Of a stretch of DNA of 54,468 nucleotides, positions 45,918 through 54,468 are shown one piece after another. The notes under the pieces are model-generated. The model had not been told where the DNA came from, ran no database searches, and saw only the letters and a list, made by a program, of their open reading frames with translations. Within the stretch, counting starts at the first letter, position 1; every line of letters starts with the position of its first letter. Position numbers and translations under genes: made by a program. The stretch lies in NCBI RefSeq assembly GCF_000315625.1, contig NW_005434599.1, forward strand, positions 1 to 54,468, written 5' to 3'. Source of the DNA: Guillardia theta CCMP2712. Its lineage: Eukaryota > Protista > Cryptophyta.

Positions 45918-48485
45918 CACTAATCTCGTCATGTCCAAACTCAATATCTTCGCTATCATTATCACTGTCAGCATCATACATCATTCATCTCACTTTGGCT
46001 CGATGTATAGATGTCCCATGGATGTTAAACTTACTTGATCTCCAGACGATCCATCACTGGCCAGAAGCGTTCGGCATGCATCCCTGCCATTACTGATAGC
46101 TTCTCTCCCCTCCCCTCTCGTATGAATGTCACAGGACGAGAGCAGCTGCTTGCCGCTGCTCCTCTGGGGTGAGGCTCTGACCTCACAGTACACATGCTCC
46201 GTTAGGATCACCAAGAGCGACCTCCCGCCATAGTCTTCATCAGCAACTACCGGCTCATCATCAAGTCCCTTGAACCAAGTGCTCACAAGGTTGCCAAGAA
46301 GATTCGCTTCGACGATGAGGAGCAACAGAAAGGTCAGTCCTCCGAGGGCTGTGGGCAGAGTGAGCAGGGGGATATGATTAGAATCCCTCTGAGCATGATC
46401 TCTACCATTCAAGCGGGCGATCGCTTCTCCGTGTCCATCAGGTTCATCGACTTCAAGGAGGTGCAAGTGAATCTCAAAGACAAGTCAACGGCTGAAGAGT
46501 TCATCAACGTTGTATCCAACTTCTCCTTCTGCTCTACCCCGCAGGACTGGTTCGTCTTCGCTTACAAGACTATCGTGTCGCCCGACATAGACGGCTGGAA
46601 CGTGTACAACATGGTCAGCGAGTACAAGCGGCTCGAGCTGCTGGGCGGTGAGTCGAACATGTGGAGGACGAGCACGGCGAACGAGAACTTCAGCCTGTGT
46701 GAATCTTATTCGAAGCTCCTCGTCGTTCCCTCCAACGTATCAGATGACGAGCTGCTTGCCAGCGCCCGGTACAGGCAGAACAATAGGCTTCCTGTGGTGA
46801 CGTGGCGGAATGCTCAAAGTCGGACTATGTTGTTTCGCTCGTCTCAGCCGCTGGTGGGACTGCTGGGCAGGAGGTGCAAGGAGGATGAAAAGCTGTTGAG
46901 AACTTGTGTGGACAACATGGGGGATGGGAGAGGAGTCGTGGTCTTTGACTGCCGTAGCTCTAGTTCTGCCATCGCTCAACGTTTCCTCGCGGGAGGAGGC
47001 AGAGAGCTTGTTCGTAGTATGTACTACGGCATTGCAGGTACTTGAGCTGACAGAGCAGAGGAACGAGGAGGGTGGGGATGTTTGACAACCTGGCAGATTA
47101 CGTGATGCTGAACATTCAGAACCTGTCATGTCAGAGAGAGCATTTCGATGAGCTCATGAGAACTTGCAAGACCATGAACGACAAGACCCTTAGAAACATT
47201 CGCATCATATCTACCCTCACCCAGAGCAAGTCAGTCCTCCGCTTTCCCCTCTCCCTCCCCTTTTCCCGACCACTTCCTCCTCCTCTCGTCCTTCTCTTCC
47301 CCTTCCCCTTCCCTTTGCCTCCTGCTGGTTCTTGTCGCCACGTTCCACCATTCTATTCTTTCTCTCTTTCTATCTCCTTGCCCGTCTCCTTTCAACCACC
47401 TTTCCTCTCCGAGCATCATTTCCTTTTCTGCTTTGATGAACCCTCTGTAGCTGGTGCAAGCAGCTGTATCAGATCACAACAGGGGCGATTGCAGTTGCCA
47501 ACGTGCTGGAGAAGAAAGTGAGAGGAAGAGAGGAGGGAGGGTGCGGGAGGGGCGTCGTTTTTCTCACGATCCTGCAGGCCTCTGTTTTGATTCACTGCTC
47601 TGATGGGCTGAATCGAACATCCCAAGTCTCTTGCTTGGTTCTCCTCCTCCCCTCCCTCCTCATTCTCCGCATCCCTCCACCTTGTTTCTCCCTCATTCTC
47701 TTCCTCTGCCTCTCGCTCTTCCTCCTCGTCGTCCTAACGTTTTTCCAGGCTCAGGTCCTCCTCGACCCGTACTACCGTTCCTTTGAAGGCTTCCAGGTTG
47801 TCTCCTCCCCACCCCTCTCAGTGCTCCCTCCATCTCTGCTTGTAACGATACATGATCAGGTGCTGATAGAAAAGGACTGGGTCGGCTTCGGCCACAACTT
47901 TCCGCTGCGGCTCGGATACTTCAGCGGGGAGGGGAGGAAGATGTTCTCCCCCATCTTCATCCAGTGGTTGGACTGCGTCTGGCAGTGCATGAGGATGAGG
48001 CCGACGAGCTTTGAGTTCAATGAGAAGTTTCTCATCGCTATAGCTGAAGCCAGTATGCAACGAAGGTTCTCTCCTCCTCCTCCTCCTCCTCCTCCTCGTT
48101 CTCCACCTCCTCCTTCATCTCTTCCTCCTTCTCTTCCTCCCTTCGTATTTTCATCCTTCTCCTTCTCTCCTTCCCCTTCGCTATGCTCAGTGAATCCCTC
48201 CCCGCCTGTTCCTCCTGCCCTGCTGTTCCATCGCTCTGCCTCCTGACCTCGTCGAGCTGCTCAATTTTCTCTCCCTCCTCAATCGTCCTCAGGTACGGAA
48301 CTTTTGCCTTCCAGTCTCCCTGCATGGCGACGGCGTCACGAGCGACAGAGCGGACGGTGTCAGTCTGGACAGGTTATCGTCCATAGCTGCTCAACACTTG
48401 CTACCCCTCTCTGCATTGTGCTTGAGAGTCCTTCTGCTACTCTTACGCTTCCATATCTGCTCCTATCCCTTCCCCCGCTCCCGCC

Positions 48486-48559
<74 letters not shown>

Positions 48560-48764
48560 AATTGCTGCCCGTGCCTCTATGCCCCTAGTTTCTCCCTTGT
48601 GCTCATGATTTAAAACAGATCTGCGAGCGAGGAGGTCAGAATTCATCAACCCCTTCTATAAGGACTCCTTGAGGTATCTTCAGCTGTACTTCTCGGAGAA
48701 GGAGATTTCCTTCTGGTCCGGATTTTACCTCAAAATTTCACAATCCAGCGATCTCAACATGTGA
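45918..48764 (+). CDS. myotubularin-related phosphoinositide phosphatase (GRAM-like plus PTP domain), multi-exon; 5' end uncertain near a gap
   Basis: DGWNVYNMVSEYKRL, LCESYSKLLVVP, NRLPVVTW, RSSQPLVG, VLIHCSDGLNRTSQV, LLDPYYRSFEGF, IEKDWVGFGHNF, SPIFIQWLDCVWQ, FEFNEKFL. Confidence 0.9.
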
Positions 48765-49070
48765 TCTTGTACAATATTCCCGTGAGAAACAAACACCGCA
48801 AGAGCTTTTTTGCGCAGTTTTATTAAGAAAATTCATCGAAGAAATCCCTCGTTGAGATCTATACACTCAGTCGAGTGAAAAGACTGTCTCCCCACCCTCT
48901 CCTGCATGCGCAGCAAGGTCACGGGCAAGAGACAAGTCCTTCACCGCTCGTCAAGTCCTGCAACCGGAACGGAACTAAAAAATAACAAGTCGGCAGGGAG
49001 TCCCACCGACAACAGTTGACCATCGTCCTTGTCATCATTAGAAGTGATCGTGGGTTGAGAACTGGCTCCC

Positions 49071-50157
49071 TCAACGGCCGATGCTCCCCGACGAGTTCTG
49101 TCGATTAGCTGTAGGCGAGAGGGAGGCGGAAGTCTTGGAGTTGAGGTGATAGCTCATGAACTTCTCTGCGCGTATCCTCTCGATGTTCTGCTGTGATTCA
49201 AGTTCTGATTTCACGTTCTGATAGCGTTGGAGCAGCCGCTCGAGATCGAGTTGCCTCTGCTTCTTCTGCTCCTCTCGCCCCTGCACAGAACAAAGGTCAA
49301 TGCACATGACTAGGCGGCACAGGGAGGTGTCAGCAAAGTCACAAAAGGTCAAGCACAAGGTAGGAGCGTCCACAACAAGTAGCAGAAGGAGCAACAGGTG
49401 CCTCACCGTCTGCACTCGCTTTCTCAAGGCCCCAAGCTCTGACGTCTGCTTCGCTTTGAACTTCTCCACGACATTGGAGAGCCTCATTTGATGTTGATTT
49501 CTCATCTTCTCGAGCTCGAAGGCCTCCAAGTTGTCTGCCTTAAGTTTGATCTTGTGAGCCTCTGCATACTCCTTCTGCTTCGCAAGCGTTTGCTGGATCT
49601 TTCTCAGATTCAGGAGCTCCTTTGAGAACTTGGGTTTTCTCAGAGGTTCGCTCTGCGCGTTTCGAATGTATTCCATCAGCTCAGTCCCATGACGCTCCTT
49701 CATTGCTTCCTCCAGGTCTGCGCTCTTCTGTTCAAACTCCGCCATCCTCTTGTCCCACAGCGCGTTGAACTGCTGGAATTCGAGCATGTGTGCCTCCTCT
49801 ACACCCAACCGCTCGGCAATCTGCCTGCTCCTCATCGCCTCTCTCCGCCTACAAACACATGATCAGAAGGGAGCAAGCGGATACCATCGAACAGAGGGAG
49901 AAGACAGACAACAGACAAGATGAGACTACCTATTCTCTTCATGCTGACGGAGTTCTTCAAGACGATTCTTGGCGATCTCCGCTTCGACATACTTGCCTTG
50001 CCTCTCACAATTCTTTCGATGCTCCTCCAGAATTTGCCTGTTAAATGCTTTCAGGAAGAAGACAGATCATCGTCCAATCTCACAAGAAGTCTTGAACTGC
50101 AGATTCTTCCGTGTCCAACGCCTGAGATGAGTCCAAGCTCTTTTGGTTTTCGGCCAT
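49071..50157 (-). CDS. conserved-looking coiled-coil protein of unknown function, multi-exon
   Basis: Exons join to ILEEHRKNCERQGKYVEAEIAKNRLEELRQHEENR..RSRQIAERLGVEEAHMLEFQQFN..KPKFSKELLNLRKIQ..LERLLQRYQNVK. Confidence 0.7.
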
Positions 50158-50608
50158 AGTGAGCAAACCTATCAGAGCAACAAAATCATCCAGCAGCACA
50201 AAAAGTAATCTTTCAGAATTGTTAACCCCTGCTCTACGAGAATCAGCTGATAAAGCAAGTAGCTTCCAATGATACGAAACCAACGGTAGTTAGACGATGC
50301 CCACTTGGTACCTCAGTGATTTCAAGCTCTCAAGTGCGAAAGGAAGAAAACAAAGGAGTGTTACACGGAACATTGATCACAAACACAACGTTCAGAGGAG
50401 AAGTTATGCGAAGGTGCAATGTCAGAGTGGTGCGACTGATACACTAAGGAAGGGAAGTAGGAACGTCGTAAGAATAGTGTCCAATGCGAAGTAAAAGTCC
50501 AGAAAATGCAGCGATAGCAGAGAGAAGTCTCACAGAGAAAGGGAAGAGAAATGGGATAAGCAGAATCTGAAGCCGGATCAAGAGCAGGAGCAAAAGCTTT
50601 TCGAGCCA

Positions 50609-50666
<58 letters not shown>

Positions 50667-50667
50667 G

Positions 50668-50708
<41 letters not shown>

Positions 50709-50733
50709 GGGAGCAGGAGCAGGAGCAGGAGCG

Positions 50734-50783
<50 letters not shown>

Positions 50784-50806
50784 GGCAGGAGCAGGAGCGG
50801 GAGCGG
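50609..50806. repeat. (GCAGGA)n microsatellite, intergenic
   Basis: Direct inspection. Confidence 0.9.
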
Positions 50807-51880
50807 GAGAGGGCATCAGAAGTTGAGGGAGGAGCAGGAGGAAGAGGAGGGAAGAGAGTGGTTCAGCAAGCAAGTCGAACTGCATCGCTGACTATGAAAG
50901 GATGCCGCCATTGTGCGGTAGAAGCGTTTCTGGGAGTTGAGGGGGTACGGTGGTGCTTCTGACATAGCTAGGGTCCTTGCATGGTCCGTAATCACAATTC
51001 ACGTTCAGATCCCAACTATTCAATGAAATTTTGTTGAATAATTTCAAACTTTTATGGTGAATGGTTCAATTTGATTCTCTATTCTCCAAAATAGTTGTCT
51101 TGGGACACCCCTATATCTTGACCCCAGGATTGCAGCCAGGGGTAGGCTGCTATCCAGATGGGTTAGGGTGGGGGTACACCACCTGCGGTTGAAACGGCTG
51201 GACGGTGAGTACCCAAGGTTTTAAAAACCATTCCGTACTGAAATATTCATAAAATAAATATATGTTGGTAAAGCTTTTAGAAATGGTTCTTCGGATAAAA
51301 CTTTTATAATGTTATTTAGTACGAGTAACGATCCCAGGAAGGGGATCATGTACAAATACTTTTTATGTTTACAATACATATCTGAGAGGTATGTCCTAAA
51401 GTGTGTTTTATTTTAGAACACTGGTACAACAGTGTAACAAAGACTTATAATTTCATAACTGCTCTATAACGCTTTCAACGGATATCAACGGCTATCGGAT
51501 TGTGTCGAAAATGCCAGGGAGGAATGGAGTCAAGGAGCAGAAGCGAAGGAACAACTTGAGAACTTGAGGGAGGAGGAGGAGGAGGATTATGACGCGGCAG
51601 ATGATGAAAGGGGGTCAGAGGATCTTGGGTCTTGACGCTATGACGGGAAGAGCGGACCACGATTTCATCGCTTTCACCAGGACATCGCAATCTCATCGAT
51701 AGAAGGAGTCCGTGGACGGTGGATAATTTCGTCGCATCAGATAGGATTGAAGGATGGTTCCAACGAGATGATGTAAGGTAAGATGAAGCAGAGGTCCTTC
51801 GGCATCCTTGCATTGCGCTCTTCTCCCACGAGATCGTGCGTTCCACCTCCACGTCCTGAGGGCACTAGAGTATCAGAGCG

Positions 51881-54384
51881 ATGACCAGCGTGAAGAGGAC
51901 ATACTTCTTGAGCATCCATAAGGATGCAGATGTATCCTCCGTGCTCTCAAGGTGGAATGAGAGGCTGTCTTTCCTCGTCAAGGGTCGAGACCCTCCGCTC
52001 AGGATCCAGGAGAGCCGATCGAGTCGTTGGGAAGTACAGTTAGACTGGAATGCCCCCCTTCCTGTCATCACCCAGTACACCAACATCCTGCGAGAGATGC
52101 CCGAGTATGGCGGGTCGACGAGCATCCTCGACCCCTTCGAGGTAGACAGGAGGGCAACAGCCTCGATCCTGGAGGGAATGTACAGGGACAGGAGTGGGAA
52201 GCAGCGAGAGGAGGAGTCGAACGAGAGTCTAAAGCATCTCCAGCCTTCCTTCAGCTCTCAGACGGGAATTTTCAGAGCTGCTGAGCTGGGGGATGTTTTG
52301 ACGTTGAGGTCCATGATCCACGGCTTGCCGCTTCCTGTGTATGACAGGAGGAAAGGGACGATGGTAGCAGATCAGAGCAGCGCAGCGGCTCCGTGTGAGA
52401 AGCATGTACTTCATGTGGGAGGACAGCTGGCTCATTCCTCTGATCGTGGAAGGATCATGGGAGGAGCAGAGGCCGAGGACGTGTACCTCGCTGCTCCCCA
52501 CCTGGCGTACGCCGGGGGGGAGGGGGAAGGGTTAAGGATCGAATCTAGTTTCGACCTCAAGAATGCCGACGGGCAGACGCCGTTGCACCTTGCGGTGGCA
52601 GCAGGGAAGCTCGACGCTGTTGAGTATCTTGTGCGACATGGCGCCAACGTGAACGCAACCAACAGGCTGTTCCAGACTCCTTTGCACCTCGCTGCCATGG
52701 AGGGAATGCGGGAAATAATTTCCTTTCTCCTCCGGAGCGGCGCCAACCCTCTGCTGGCAGCAGGAGACGGGAGGACTATGGTTCACTTTGCTGCTAGGAG
52801 GTGCCGAGCGGACTTTGTGGAGTGGATGCTGTTCAGCCCCGAAGGGAAGGAGCACAGGATGTTCGAGCTCTGCCTCGTCACCACCAAGGAGCACGAGACC
52901 GTCTTCCACATGGCGGCAAGGAGTGACTCAGTCTCTGCAACGCAGCAGGAGCGGGCCAACGTTGCGAAGCTCATGGTCAGAGCCATCACCTCCCTCTGCT
53001 GCCGGGACCCCTATGCTGTCCTCCAGCTCACAGACTCCAGCGGGTTCTCCGTGCTCCACGTATGCGCCCTCCACGACAACTTCGAGATGATCCGCTTCCT
53101 CTCCTCCCTCCGGCTCGACGTCAACCTGCCCTGCAAGACAGGAAACTCTCCCCTCCACCTGGCTGTCAGGATGAAGTTCGACAAGTCCGTCGGCGTCCTC
53201 ATCCTGGCCGGTGCTAAGGTCTCGGCCCGCAACGCTGAGGGCGACACTCCACTGCATGTCGCTGCCTCGGTGGGAGTGCGGAGCATCTTCAAAGCTTGCT
53301 TCCAGGCTTGTCCTCCTCCTCCTCAGCCCCCGGTCATCAAGCTTCTCAACCACGCCGGTGACACCCCACTACACATCGCCTGCCGCCTCTGCGAGCAGGA
53401 CGAGGAGGAGGAGGACTCAAAGGGAGAGGAAAGGAATGAGAAGCCTGAGAAGTTGAAGGGACAGCGGAAGGAGGAGGAAGGGGAGGAGAAGGAGGAGAGA
53501 AAGAAGGACAACGCTTATCACGACATCATTCAGTTCGCTGTGCTTCATCGGGCTGATCCTCTGCAGCGCAACGACAAAGGAGAGGACGCGCTCATGTGTG
53601 CGATGCGAGGAGGAAACGCGCGAACGATTCGCTTCCTCGCCAAGTCGACGTGGGACGAGGGAAAGCACCTCAGCTGCTCTCTCCTCACCCGCAACTTGCA
53701 GGGAGAGAGCGCATTGCACGCCATGGCGCGGCACAAGCATCCTCATCTGCTGAGGCTGCTGCTGTCCTGGGGAGCAGATATGACGTCCAAGTCCTGCTCG
53801 AGGACGGGAGTGGTGACGGAGGCTGTGATGAGCAAGAGCAGGGAGACACTCGTTGCTCTCCTGCAGCATGGAGGAGACCCGATGGAAGTTGACTTGTTCC
53901 TACGCACTCCTCTGTACGTACAGCGAGGAGGAAGTGGTGGTGGAGAGGAGGAGCAGGAGGAGGAGGGGGGGAAGGGGGAAGGTGAGGGGGAGGATAAGAG
54001 AGAGAGAGGAGAGGGAGAGGGAGAGGGAGAAGGGAAGGAAGGAGGAGGGAGGGGAGAGGACAATAACATCTTGACAGTCACTGGGCAGCGAAGGAGGGAT
54101 CTACAGGGCTGTGCGAGGTGAACAATTGAAACTACAATGAGGAGGAGGCTGAAGAGGAGGGATAAGGTGCTGCTGGAGCATGGGGTGGAGGTCGACGAGC
54201 AGGACCGGGGAGGAAACACTCCTCTCCTCCTTGCAGCCAAGGTGGCACGTGCTGTTTGTCGCACAGTGGAAGTGACAGGGAGGTGGCAGGCCAAGAGGCT
54301 GGATGCGGTGGAGCTGCTGCTGGGCTATCGTGCAGATCCGAGGTGAGAGGAGCAGGGAGAGGAGAGAGGAAGAGTATGAGGAAG

Positions 54385-54421
<37 letters not shown>

Positions 54422-54468
54422 GCACGTGGGCTAATAGGAGCGGGGGGGTTGGAGTGGGGGGAGGGGTG
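51881..54468 (+). CDS. ankyrin-repeat protein, multi-exon, runs off the window end; start uncertain
   Basis: Repeated GxTPLHLAA motifs: GQTPLHLAV, QTPLHLAA, GNSPLHLAV, GDTPLHVAA, GDTPLHIAC, GNTPLLLAA. Confidence 0.9.

Noticed and set aside
50361-50885. (PA)n ORF, and similar poly-L/R/S/E ORFs elsewhere
   Set aside because: Translations of microsatellites

Overview
Compact, intron-rich eukaryotic nuclear DNA with short GT-AG introns often filled by microsatellites and six N-gaps. The style suggests a cryptophyte such as Guillardia theta (inference only). (1) Positions 1-~5460 are an AT-rich, intron-less, virus-like insert. It carries a frameshifted AEP-primase/UL9-type helicase fusion gene, a small charged ORF, a 22x11-bp array, a RING protein and four ~310-bp repeats that each hold a 25-bp-stem palindrome. 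A 1.1-kb MITE follows, with perfect 100-bp TIRs and an 8-bp TSD. (2) Host genes: an orphan dynein heavy-chain C-terminal fragment, beta-amylase, a hypothetical protein, bifunctional FAD synthase, RABL6, an NT-C2/coiled-coil protein, an NTM1-like methyltransferase, a large lectin/PA14 surface protein, a coiled-coil/MORN protein, a TCAIM-like protein, a myotubularin with an altered P-loop, a conserved coiled-coil protein and an ankyrin protein. (3) Most striking: 36007-39338 looks like a degenerate satellite in the ORF track but parses as a gene with fourteen single-codon (3-nt) micro-exons and one 6-nt exon, all introns phase 0. Spliced, these build coherent Cys/His zinc-finger repeats followed by SIM-like motifs and an NLS. 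The introns preceding the micro-exons share distant branch points and long AG-free zones.
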